64,000 nucleotides of DNA, taken from Mobula hypostoma (taxonomy: Eukaryota). The stretch lies in contig NC_086097.1 in NCBI RefSeq assembly GCF_963921235.1, forward strand, positions 254,388,001 through 254,452,000, read 5' to 3'. Of this stretch, positions 52,660 to 64,000 are shown in pieces. The position numbers and the translations under genes were made by a program. The notes beneath the pieces were generated by a model. That model worked only from the letters and a program-made list of their open reading frames with translations. It searched no databases and was not told where the DNA came from. Numbering within the stretch: position 1 is the first letter of the stretch; every line of letters begins with the position of its first letter.

Positions 52660-53655
52660 ATTATGGTCTTACTACTCATTGGACACCCATGATTGTGTAG
52701 CCAAGTTTCCATCAAACTCAATATATAAGTTTGCTGATGACAACACAATTGTAGGCCATATCTCGGGTAATGATGAGTTTGAGTACAGACGGGGAATTAA
52801 GAACCTGGTGGCATAGTGCGAAGACAATAGCCTATCCCTCAACGTCAGCAAGATGAAGGAATTGGTTGTTGACTTCAGGAGTAGCAGACCGCACGGCCCA
52901 ATTTGCATCGGTGGTGCGCAAGTGGAACAGGTCAAAAGCTTTAAGTTCCTCGGGGTCAATATCACAAATGACCTGACTTGGTCCAACCAAGCAGAGTTCA
53001 CTGCCAAAAAGGCCCACCAGCACCTTTACTTCCTGAGAAAACTAAAGAAATTTGGCCTGTCCCCTAAAACCCTCAGTAATTTTTATAGATGCACCGTAGA
53101 AAGCATTCTTCTAGGGTGCATCACAACCTGGTATGGAAGTTGTCCTGTCCAAGACCGGAAGAAGCTGCAGAAGATCGTGAACATGGCCCAGCACATCACA
53201 CAAACCAATCTTCCATCCTTGGACTCACATTACACCGCACACTGTCGGAGCAGTGCTGCCAGGATAATCAAGGACACGACCCACCCAGCCAACACACTTT
53301 TCGTCCCTCTTCCCTCTGGGAGAAGGCTCAGGAGCTTGAAGACTCGTATGGCCAGATTTGGGAACAGCTTCTTTCCAACTGTGATAAGACTGCTGAACGG
53401 ATCCTGACCCGGATCTGGGCCGTACCCTCCAAATATCCGGACCTGCCTCTCAGTTTTTTTGCACTACCTTACTTCCCATTTTTATATTTTCTATTTATGA
53501 TTTATAATTTAAATTTTTAATATTTACTAATTTTAACTATTTTTAATACTTAATATTTGTAATCCAGGGAGTGGGAAGCGCAGAATCAAATATCGCTGTG
53601 ATGATTGTACGTTCTAGTACCAATTGTTTGGTGACAATAATGTATAAAGTATAAA
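52660..53655 (+). mobile_element. Rex-Babar-type LINE 3' part
   Basis: THDCVAK...YKFADDTTIVG; KELVVDFR; FKFLGVNITNDLTWS; LPSGRRLRS. Confidence 0.85.
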
Positions 53656-54034
53656 TAGTTTAAAAAAACAAAATATTGTATATGCAGAAAATCCAGAATT
53701 AGCACATTTTAAACAGCAAGCATTATTTTCTGAATTTTATCAATGTCTGGATGTTTGGCCTAGTCCCATACATATCCTTGAGAATTTCACCTTGAAGTCT
53801 GTTTCTCAACAAAAACAAGATTAACGCCCACACGCTGCCCCAATTGTTTGTCACCGTGCAGGCTGTTTAAAGGTGCTGAATGTTATGCACTATTCACAAT
53901 ATTTTTTCCACGGTAATCTCTTACAGTGCTTTTTCAGATGACAGGGAGATGCTTGCCAAACCAACAGTTTTGTTTTGACCGTTCAGCTCCATAAAACCAC
54001 AGCGCACAAGCCAGTGGAATGTGCCGGCACCTAC

Positions 54035-54138
54035 CATGTAGGAAGGGAAAATGAGAACTCGCTTGTGTTTTCCACACGGCCACTGCGGGTCGTCCACCAG
54101 GTTGGGATCGTACTCTGCAAACTCTGTCACTTCAGTAC
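54035..54138 (-). CDS. CABLES1: CABLES1 internal coding exon (104 nt; fourth from last)
   Basis: Minus strand ttcctcacag|GTACTGAAG...TACATG|gtaggt; encodes TEVTEFAEYDPNLVDDPQWPCGKHKRVLIFPSYM, the conserved CABLES motif; phase 0 at the 3' end joins the next exon. Confidence 0.93.
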
Positions 54139-54174
54139 CTGTGAGGAAACACCAGCGTTAATCCATTCAGTCTG

Positions 54175-54650
54175 GGTAGCCTCCACCCTGATGGCATGAA
54201 TATTGATTTCTTCAACTTCCGGTAATGCCCCCCACTTCACCATTCCCTGTCCCCTTTTCCCTCTCTCATCTTATCTCCTTGCCTGCCCGTCACCTCCCTC
54301 TGGTGCTCCCCCCACCGCCTCGTCTTTATTCCATGGCTTTCTGTCCTCTCCTGTCACTCTTCAGCATTGTAACCCTTTCACCATTCAATTTTTCAGCTCT
54401 TCATCCACACCCCTCCCAGTTTCCCCTGTCATCTTGTGATCCTCTCTCCCCTTACCCCACCTTTTCAATCTACTCCTCATCTCTTTTCCTCCAGTCCTGC
54501 CGAAGGGTCTTGGCTCAAAATGGTGACTGTACACTTTTCCACAGATGCTATGGATCCCATTTTCTATGTTTTCTATGCTGCCTGGCCTGCTGAGTTCCTC
54601 CAGCATTTGGTGTTGTGTTGCTCAGATCTCCAGCATTGGCACATTTTCTC
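54175..54650 (+). mobile_element. Penelope-like 3' fragment just upstream of the exon acceptor
   Basis: ctgggtagcctccaccctgatggcatgaatattga mirrors the minus strand of 49255-49290; pyrimidine-rich UTR and terminal repeat. Confidence 0.6.
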
Positions 54651-54904
54651 TTGTTTGTGCTATAAAAGCTTCATTCCACATGGCAGCACAATGGTGTAGC
54701 AGTTACCTCAATGCCGATACAGCAGCAACAAACCGGGATAAATTCCCACCCACTGGTTGTATGAAGTTTGTATGCTCTCCCCATAGTCAGGTGGGTGCTT
54801 CCGTATCCTCGCACTTTCCAAAGATGTACAGATTGGTAGGTTAAACGGTCAGAGGGCTGGAATTGGGGAGAGTGGGCTCGTTGGGCCAGAAGTGTACTCT
54901 ATTC

Positions 54905-55525
54905 CAGAGGAATAGAGTATAGGAGCAGGGATGTGATGTTAAGGCTCTACAAGGCGCTGATGAGACCTCACTTGGAGTACTGTGAGCAGTTTTGGTCTCC
55001 TTATTTAAGAAAGGATGTGCTGACATTGGAGACGGTACAGAGAAGATTCACTAGAATGATTCCAGGAATGAGAGGGTTAACATATGAGGAACGTTTGTAC
55101 GCTCTTGGACTGTATTCCTTGGAGTTTAGAAGAACGCAGAGAGACCTCATAGAAACATTTCGAATGTTAAAAGGCATGGACAGAATGGATGTGGCAAAGT
55201 TGCTTCCCATGGTGGGGGAGTCTAGTACGAGAGGGCATGACTTAAGGATTGAAGGGCGCCCATTCAGAACAGAAATGCGAAGAAATGTTTTTAGCCAGAG
55301 GGTGGTGAATCTATGGAATTTGTTACCACGGGCAGCAGTGGAGGCCAAGTCATTGGGTGTATTTAAGGCAGAGATTGATAGGTATCTGAGTAGCCAGGGC
55401 ATCAAAGGTTATGGTGAGAAGGCAGGGCAGTGGAACTTAATGGGAGAATGGATCAGCTCATGATAAAATGGCAGAGCAGACTCGATGGGCCGAATGGCCG
55501 ACTTCTGCTCCTTTGTCTTATGGTC
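54905..55525 (+). mobile_element. CR1 3' fragment
   Basis: 176-aa ORF LYKALMRPHLEYC...GIKGYGEKAG. Confidence 0.88.
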
Positions 55526-55713
55526 TAAATAAATAAACAGAACTCAGGACTTCCTCACATTTCCAACTTACAGGATCACTGTTGTAGGCAGAACTATAAC
55601 ATTGGTTACAGTTGAATAATGGTGAAATGGCCTGACAAAATGAGTAAATCACAATCAGTGCTTCATACAGAAGGGGCAAAAATGAAAACACTCGGGAATG
55701 AGTGGATAGGCTG

Positions 55714-57888
55714 AGATATTTCCCAGTGGGGATGAGTGATGAGGGATATTTCCCAGTGGGGATGAGTGAACAGGGATATTTCCCAGTGGGGACGAGTGAA
55801 CAGGGATATTTCCCAGTGGGGATGAGTGAACAGGGATATTTCCCAGTGCGGGCGAGCAAACAGGGATATTTCCCAGTGGGGATGAGTGAACAGGGATATT
55901 TCCCAGTGCGGGCAAGCAAACAGGGATATTTCCCAGTGGGGACGAGCGAACAGGGATATTTCCCAGTGGAGATGAGTGAACACGGGTATTTCTCAATGGG
56001 GACGAGTGAGGAGGGATAATTCCCAGTGGGGACGAGTGAACGGGGATATTTCCCAGTGGGGACAAGTGAACAGGGATATTTCCCAGCGGGGGGAGTGAAC
56101 AGGGATATTTCCCAGTGGGGACGAGTGAACAGGGATATTTCCCAGTGCGGGCAAGCAAACAGGGATATTTCCCAGTGGGGACGAGCGAACAGGGATATTT
56201 CCCAGTGGAGATGAGTGAACACGGGTATTTCTCAATGGGGACGAGTGAGGAGGGATAATTCCCAGTGGGGACAAGTGAACAGGGATATTTCCCAGCGGGA
56301 GGAGTGAACAGGGATATTTCCCAGTGGGGACGAGAACTGGGATATTTCCCAGTGGGGATGAGTGAACAGGGATATTTCCCAGTCCGGACAAGTGAACGGG
56401 GATATTTCCCAGTGGGAAGGAGTGAACAGGGATATTTCCCAATGGAGACGAGTGAATGGCGATATTTCCCAGTGCGGATGAGTGACGAGGGATATTTCCC
56501 AGTGGGGATGAGTGACGAGGGATATTTCCCAGTGGAGTCGAGTGAAAGTGGATATTTCTAAGTGGGGACCAATGAACAGGGATATTTCCCAGTGATCAGC
56601 AGCACTGGGGCTCCACAGGGGACTGTCTTCTCTCCCTTTCTCTTCACCATTTACACCTCCGACTTCAACTACTGCACAGAGTCTTGTCATCTTTAGAAGT
56701 TTTCGGATGACTCTGCCATAGTTGGATGCATCAGCAAGGGAGATGAGGCCGAGTACAGGGCTACGGTAGGAAACTTTGTCACATGGTGTCAGCAGAATTA
56801 TCTGCAGCTTAATGTGAGAAAGACTAAGGAGCTGGTGGTAGACCTGAGGAGAGCTAAGGTACCGGTGACCCCTGTTTCCATCCAGGGGGTCAGTGTGGAC
56901 ATGGTGGAGGATTACAAATACCTGGGGATACGAATTGACAATAAACTGGACTGGTCAAAGAACACTGAGGCTGTCTACAAGAAGGGTCAGGGCCATCTCT
57001 ATTTCCTGAGGAGACTGAGGTCCTTTAACATCTGCCGGACGATGCTGAGGATGTTCTACGAGTCTGTGGTGGCCAGTGCAATCATGTTTGCTGTTGTGTG
57101 CTGGGGCAGCAGGCTGAGGGTAGCAGACACCAACAGAATCAACAAACTCATTCGTAAGGCCAGTGATGTTGTGGGGATGGAACTGGACTCTCTCACGGAG
57201 GTGTCTGAAAAGAGGATGCTGTCTAAGTTGCATGCCATCTTGGACAATGTCTCCCATCCACTACATAATGTACTGGGTGGGCACAGGAGTACATTCAGCC
57301 AGAGACTCATTCCTCCAAGATGCAGCACAGAGCGTCATAGGAAGTCATTCCTGCCTGTGGCCAACAAACTTTACAACTCCTCCCTTGGAGGGTCAGACAC
57401 CCTGTGCCGATAGGCTGGTCCTGGACTTATTTCATAATTTACTGGCATAATTTACATATTACTATTTAACTATCTATGGTTCTATTACTATTTATTATTT
57501 ATGGTGCAAGTGTAACGAAAACCAATTTCCCCCTGGGATCAATAAAGTATGACTATGACTATGAATGAGTAAACGGGGATATTTCCCAGTGGGGACGAGT
57601 GAACAGTGGTATTTCCCAGTGGGGACGAGTGAACAGTGGTATTTCCCAGTGGGGACGAGTGAACAGGGGTAGTTCCCAGTGGGGACGAGTGAACAGGGGT
57701 AGTTCCCAGTGGGAAGGAGTGAACGGGGACATTTCCCAGTGGGGACGAGTGAACGGGGATATTTCCCAGTGGGGACGAGTGAACGGGGACATTTCCCAGT
57801 GGGGACGAGTGAACGGGGGTAGTTCCCAGTGGGGACGAGTGAACGGGGATATTTCCCAGTGGGGACGAGTGAACGGGGATATTTCCCT
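55714..57888. repeat. 30-bp minisatellite (CAGGGATATTTCCCAGTGGGGACGAGTGAA) in two blocks, 55714-56594 and about 57566-57888
   Basis: Direct periodicity; about 29 + 11 units separated by a LINE. Confidence 0.95.
56595..57565 (+). mobile_element. 5'-truncated Rex1/Babar LINE inserted in the 30-bp array
   Basis: STGAPQGTVFSPFLFTIYTSDF, KFSDDS, TKELVVDLRR, YKYLG; 3' end aatttccccctgggatcaataaag(tatgac)n. Confidence 0.9.
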
Positions 57889-58064
57889 ATGGAAACGAAA
57901 TCAATCAGCTTTGTAGAAATAGAGTACATGTGAATCAAACTGTGCCAGATAGAGTATACTTGACAGAACTTGTGCCAGAGTAGAAATAATCTATACCTGT
58001 GCCAACTTCAAAAGCAGAAGTCATTGAGTCATAGAACAATACAGCACAGACACAGGCCCTTCAC

Positions 58065-58520
58065 AAAGTTAAAGAAAAATTTAATAACTAAGTATGTATA
58101 TCTCCATTAATTACCCTGAGATTCATTTTCTTGTAGGCATTTACAGGAAAATAATGAATACAATTCATGAGAACATACACACAAAGACTAACGAACAAAC
58201 AAAGGTAAATTGTGCAAATGGAAAAAAATTATATTTAGAACACAAATTCTAGAATCCTTGAAAATGAGTCTGTAGGTTGTGGAATCAGTTCAGTGTTGAG
58301 GTGAGTGAAGTTATGCACAATGGTTCAAGAACCTGATGGTTGAGGGGCAATAACTGTTCCTGAACCAAGTGGTGTGTGTCTTCAGGCTCCTGTACCTCCT
58401 ACCTGATGGCAGCAGTGAGAAGAGAGCATTGCCCAGATTATGAAAGTCCTTGATGATGGATGCTGCTTTCCTGCAACAGAAATCCTTGTAGATGTGCTCA
58501 ATGCTGGAGAGGGCTTTGCT
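58065..58520 (-). mobile_element. Rex-Babar-like 3' fragment
   Basis: Reverse complement encodes ...SLLPSGRRYRSLKTHT, similar to 11020-11070. Confidence 0.65.
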
Positions 58521-58889
58521 TTATGCAGTATGTAGCAGAAGTGTTTTTATGGTAATTATATTGTTAAAGCCAGCATGCAACTGCATTGTAAGACAGGTTG
58601 CCTTGGAGAGTGTTTATCTACAGGGTCACCAAGAGTTACCATAAAGCTAAGGCACTTGAATGACTGACTGAACAAGATAGAAAGCAATGTACAAATAACA
58701 GAGGCTTTCCTCAGATACTGAAAACAATATAATGTGGCTGGAGTCTATGATGTCTTTTTGAAGCCACCCACATAGCATGTACAAGGGAATTATTCAAATC
58801 ATCAGAATCATCTTCATGTTGAAAACTACCTGAAAGCTACTGTACATCTGCTCCTACTCCCCAGTGTGAATACAACATTGGTTCCATTG

Positions 58890-61800
58890 TGGACCACAGG
58901 ACACAGCCTCAGAATAGACGGATGTCCCTTTAAAACAGAGATGAGGAGGAATTTCTTTAGCCAGAGGGTGGTGAATCTATGGAATTTGTTGCCACAGATG
59001 GCAGTGAAGGCCAAGTCACTGGGTATATTTAAAGTGGACGTTGATAAGTCCTTCACTGGTCAGGGCATCAAATGATACAGGGAGGGGGCAGGAGAATGTG
59101 GTTGAGAGGGATGGCAGATCATTTAATGTTGTTTCCTGTACACCATGTGAAGGAATAAATTAGCCAAGATGGAATTGCAGAGCAGACTTGATGGGTCCAT
59201 AAGACCACAAGACATAGGAGCAGAATTAGGCCATTCAGCCCATCGAGTCTACTCTACCATTTATCATGTCTGAACACGGATCACACTCAGCCGCATATAC
59301 CTGCCTTCTCACCATATCCTGTGATGACCTGACCAATCGGGAAACTATCGACTTCCGCCTTAAATATGCTCACAGGCTTGGCCTCCACTGCAGTGTGTGA
59401 CAGAGCATTCCACAGATTTACTACTCTCTGACTACAACATTTCTCCTTACCTCTGTCCTAAAGGGTTGCCCCTCAATTTCAAGGCTGTGCCTTCTAGTTC
59501 TGGATACTCTCACCATAGTAAGCATCCTCTCCACATCCACCCTACATAGACATTTCAAAATTCGGTAGGTTTCAACCCCACACAGTCTTCTAAACTCCAG
59601 TGAGTACAGTGTAAAGGAGAATTAAAAGTAATTCCCTTTATTCTCAGAATCATCCTTGTGAACCTCCTCTGGACTCTCTCCAATGACAACACATCCTTTC
59701 TGAGATATGGGGCCCAAAACTGTTGACAATACTCCAAGAGCGGCCTGACTAGTGTCTTATAAAGGCTCAGCATTATCTCCTTGCTTTTATATTCTAATCC
59801 CCTTAAAATAAGTGCTAATATTGCATTTGCCTTCTTTACCTCAGACTCAACCTGTATATTAACCTTCTGGGAGTCTTGCACAATGTCTCTCCACACTTCT
59901 GACGCTTGATCCTTGACTCTGTAGTTAAGAAGGCATACGGTGCATTGGCCTTCATCAATCGTGGGATTGAGTTTAAGAGCCGAGAGGTAATGTTGCAGCT
60001 ATATAGGACCCTGGTCAGACCCCAGTTGGGAGTACTGTGCTCAATTCTGGTCGCCTCACTACAGGAAGGATGTGGAAACCATAGAAAGGGTGCAGAAGAG
60101 ATTTACAAGGATGTTTCCTGGATTGGGGAGCATGCCTTATGAGAATAGGTTGAGTGAACTCGGCCTTTTCTCCTTGGAGCGATGGAGGATGAGAGGTGAC
60201 CTGATAGAGGTGTACAAGATAATGAGAGGCATTGATCGTGTGGATAGTCAGAGGCTTTTTCCCAGGGCTGAAATGGCTAGCACGAGAGGGCACAGTTTTA
60301 AGGTGCTTGGAAGTAGGTACAGAGGAGATGTCAGGGGTAAGTTTTTTACGCAGAGAGTGGTGAGTGCGTGGAATGGGCTGCCAGCGACGGTGGCGGACGC
60401 AGATATGATAGGGTCTTTTAAGAGACCCCTGGATGGATACTTGGAGCTCAGAAAAATAGAGGGCTATGGGTAACCCTAGGTAATTTCTAAGGTAAGGACA
60501 TGTTCGGCACAGCTTTATGGGCTGAAGGGCCTGTATTGTGCTATGGGTTTTCTATGTTTCTAATTGCATTGTTTCCTCAGCACTACCTACCCCTCCAGCT
60601 ATTTTTATATCATCCTCAAACTTCACCACAAAGTCATCAATTCCTTTATCTAAATCACTGACAAACAATGTGAAAAGTAGCAATCCCAATACTGACCCCT
60701 GAGGAACACCACTAGTCAATGGCAGCCAAACAAAAAAACACCTTTTATTCCCACTTGCTGCCTCCTGCCTGTCAGCCATTCCATTATCCGTGCCAGAATC
60801 TTTCCTGTAATACCATAGGATTTTAATTTGTTAAGCAGCCTCATGTGTGGCACCTTATCAAGCGCCTTCTGGAAATCCAAGTAAATGACATCCACTGCCT
60901 CTCTTTTGACAACTCTGCTTGTTACTTCCTCAAAGAACTCTGACAGATTTGTCAGGCGAGATTTCCTTTTACAGAAATCATACTGATTTTGACTTATTTT
61001 ATCATTAGTCCTCAAGTACTTCGAAACCGCATCCTTAATAATGGACTCCAACACATTCCCAACCACTGAGGATAGGCTACCAGGCCTATAACTTCCATTC
61101 TTTTGTCTTCCTCCCTTCTTAAACAGTGGAGTGACATTTGGAACCTTCCAGTCATAGAAACATAGAAAACCTACAGCACAATACAGGCCCTTCGGCCCAC
61201 AACACTGTGCCGAACATGTTAGAAATTACCTAGGGTTACCCATAGCCCTCTATTTTTCTAAGCTCCATGTACCTATCCAGGAGTCTCTTAAAATACCTTA
61301 TCCTATCCGACTCCACCACCGTAGCCAGCAGCCCAATCCACACATTCAACACTCTGCATAAAAAAACTTACCCGACGTCTCCCCTGTATCTACTTTCAAG
61401 CACCTTAAAACTGTGCCCTCTCGTGCTAGCCATTTCAGCCCTGGGAAAAAGCCTCTTATCATCTTGTGCACCTCTATCAGGTCACCTCTCATCTCCCGTC
61501 ACTCCAAGGAAAAAAGGCTGACTTCACTTAACCTATTCTCATAAGGCATGCTCCCCAATCCAGGAATCATCCCTATCAATCTCCTCTGCACCCTTTCTAT
61601 GGTTTCCACATCCTTCCTGTAGTCAACCGACCAGAACTGAGCACAGTACTCCAAGTGGGGTCTGACCAGGGTCCTATATAGCTGCAACATTACCTCTTGC
61701 CTCCTAAACTCAATCCCAGGACTGATGAAGGCCAATGCACAATATGCCTTCTTAACCATAGAGTCAACCTGCAAACAGTACTGAATATCACAGGCCACTT

Positions 61801-62190
61801 GACCCACAATGTTGTGCAAACCCTTTAACCAGCTCCAAGATCAAATCTACCCTTCCCTCCTTCATAGTCCTCCATTTTTTTTCACCTTTGTGCCTATCAA
61901 AGACTCCCTTAAATGTCTGTAATGCACCGACCTCCACCACCTCTAGCAGGGCTTTCCACGCACCCAATGCTCTAAGTAAAAAAAAAACTTGCCTAGATTC
62001 TCCCCTATACTTTCCTCCAACCTCTTTAAAATTACGCCCCCGTATTAGCCATTTCTACTAGAGAAAGTCTCTGGGTGCTCACTTGATCAGTGCCTCTTTG
62101 CATCTTGGACACCTCTGTCAAGTCACCTCACATATTCCTTCACTCCAAAGAGAAAAGCCCGAGCTCACTCAACCTATCATCATAAGACAA
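58890..62190. mobile_element. Cluster of CR1 fragments in both orientations (+ 58890-59200; - 59200-59890; + 59915-60561; - 60562-61153; - 61154-61772; - 61780-62190)
   Basis: Repeated CR1 RT and C-terminal motifs in the ORF track and recognisable 3' UTRs. Confidence 0.8.
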
Positions 62191-62299
62191 ACCTTCAAAC
62201 ATCTTTCTTTCAACAACATGCCTGTTACAGCTTAGGGAAAGAATGTTAGGTAGAGAATGTGCGCCTCCATTACCAACCTCCTGGCTTCTCAATCGCTCT

Positions 62300-62680
62300 A
62301 CCAGTGAAGACAAGACTGCTGCGAGCATCTTCATTACCAATCCCCTTGGGACTCAGTTTGTCTACCAGTGAAGACAAGACTGCCATACCTCTTCATTACC
62401 AACCCCACTGTGTCTCAATCTCTCAACCATGATCACAAGGCAGCCATCTGCCTTCATTACCGATCTCTCTGCATCTCAGTCTCAACCAGTGAAGACAAGC
62501 TTGTGGTGTACCCTGTTAGCAATTCCTCTGCGTCTCATCCTCTCAGTCAATGAAGACAACCAGCTGTGCGTGTTTGTTACCAAGCCCTCTGTGTGTCTCT
62601 CTCTCAACCAATAAAGAAAAGGCTTCTGTACGTCTACGTTACCAATATCTCAGCACCTCAATCTCTCTCTGCCAAATCTC
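62300..62680. repeat. Degenerate ~61-bp tandem repeat, about 6 units
   Basis: CCAGTGAAGACAAG...TTACCAA...CTCAGTCTCAA recurring near 62301, 62365, 62427, 62486, 62547 and 62608. Confidence 0.7.
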
Positions 62681-62744
62681 TCTCTCAAAGATGCACTCCC
62701 TTTGAGGCAATGGATAATTGTTGCAAGGGGAAGGGGTTCTTACA

Positions 62745-63358
62745 GTGTGGCACAGTGCATAATTGTTCCGATGGGATTGTTATTATAGATTGACACATTG
62801 GATAATTGTTCCCATGGGATGGGGTTATTACAGACTGACACAGTGGATAATTGTTCCGATGAGATGGGGTGACACAGATTAACATGGCGGATAATTGTTC
62901 CGACGTGATGGGGTTATTACAGACACAGTGGATAATTGATCCAATGGGATGAGGTTATTACAGACTGACACAGTCGATAATTTTCCGATGGGATGAGGTT
63001 ATTAAAGACTGGCACGATAGATAATTGTTCCATTGGGATGGTTATTACAGACAAACACAGTGGATAATTGTTCCCATGGGATGGGGTTGTTACAGAGTGA
63101 CACAGGGCATTGATCTGATAGAATAATTATTACAGAACAGTACAGTGGATAATTGTTCCAATGGGATTGTTATTATACAGTGGCATGATGCATCATTGTT
63201 CCAAATGGATAATTCTTCAGATGGGTTTGAGTTATTGGAGACTGGCACGAAGGATAATTGTTCCCTTGAGATGGGGTTGTTACAGACTGGCACAGTGGAT
63301 AATTATTCCGCTACAATGGGGTGGGTATTAAACAGTGGCACGTGGGACAGTTGTTCCA
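62745..63358. repeat. ~44-45-bp minisatellite, about 13 units
   Basis: CACAGTGGATAATTGTTCCSATGGGATGGGGTTATTACAGACTGR. Confidence 0.88.
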
Positions 63359-63364
63359 TAACAC

Positions 63365-63960
63365 CATAACATCATAAGATGTAGGAGCAGAATTATGCCA
63401 TTTGGTCCATCAAATCTACTCCACCATTTCATCATGGTTGATCCATTTTCCCTCTCAGCCCCAATCTCCTGTCTTCTCACCATATCATTTATTAGAACAT
63501 AGAAATCTCAGCACATTACAGGTCCTTCGGCCCACAATGTTGTGCCAACGATGTAACCTACTCGAGAAACTGCCCAGAATTTCCCTACCGCCATTGCTGG
63601 CAGTGCATTCCATGCATCCACCACTGTGTGTGTGAAAAACGTACCCCTGACATCCCCTCTGTACCACTTCCAAGCACCTTAAAACTGTGCCCTCTCGTGT
63701 AAGCCATATCAGTCCTGGGAAAAAGCTTCTGGCTATCCAAAGGATCAATGCCTCTCATCATCTTATACACCTCTATCAGGTCACCTCTCATCCTCCGTCG
63801 CTCCAAAAAGAAGAGGCCAAGTTCCCTCAACCAATTCTCATAAGGCACACTCTCCAGTCCAGCCAACATCCCTATAAATCTCCTCTGCACTCTTTCTGTA
63901 GTATCCACATCCTTCCAGTAGTGTGGTGACCAGAACTGAGCACAGTACCCCAAGTGGACT
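63365..63960 (-). mobile_element. CR1 3' fragments
   Basis: HLGYCAQFWSPHY...RRRMRGDLIEVYK. Confidence 0.82.
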
Positions 63961-64000
63961 CTGTACAAGTAGGGGATTGCCCTGACAAATCAAGGGTCTA

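Noticed and set aside
55518..57938. PHWEISLF / PTGKYPCS repeat ORFs
   Set aside because: Translations of the 30-bp minisatellite.
54139..64000. Further upstream CABLES1 exons
   Set aside because: No CABLES-like peptide with splice sites found in the non-repetitive gaps; probably outside the window, though a divergent exon could be missed by eye.

Overview
Vertebrate genomic DNA, most likely a cartilaginous fish (inferred from the CR1, Penelope, Rex-Babar and V-SINE repeat mix). The only host gene I can support is CABLES1 on the minus strand. Four 3' coding exons are present (54035-54138, 28640-28746, 24532-24739, 13662-13802), all with canonical GT-AG junctions and consistent phases; I found no upstream exons in the window. 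Almost everything else is transposable-element debris: many nested CR1 LINEs, one near-full-length decayed L1, Rex-Babar, L2, Penelope and R4-like fragments, SINEs, a hAT derivative and a Tc1-like MITE. There are also several minisatellites. The standout is an 8.4-kb array of about 233 x 36-bp units (30-nt constant core containing a small palindrome plus a 6-nt variable segment) in the last CABLES1 intron. It has a ~75-90-bp leader and a 6-bp flanking duplication. A second, inverted leader+array copy sits inside an L2 on the other side of the terminal exon, so it looks like a mobile minisatellite cassette. It resembles CRISPR superficially but is not one. TE boundaries are by-eye estimates.
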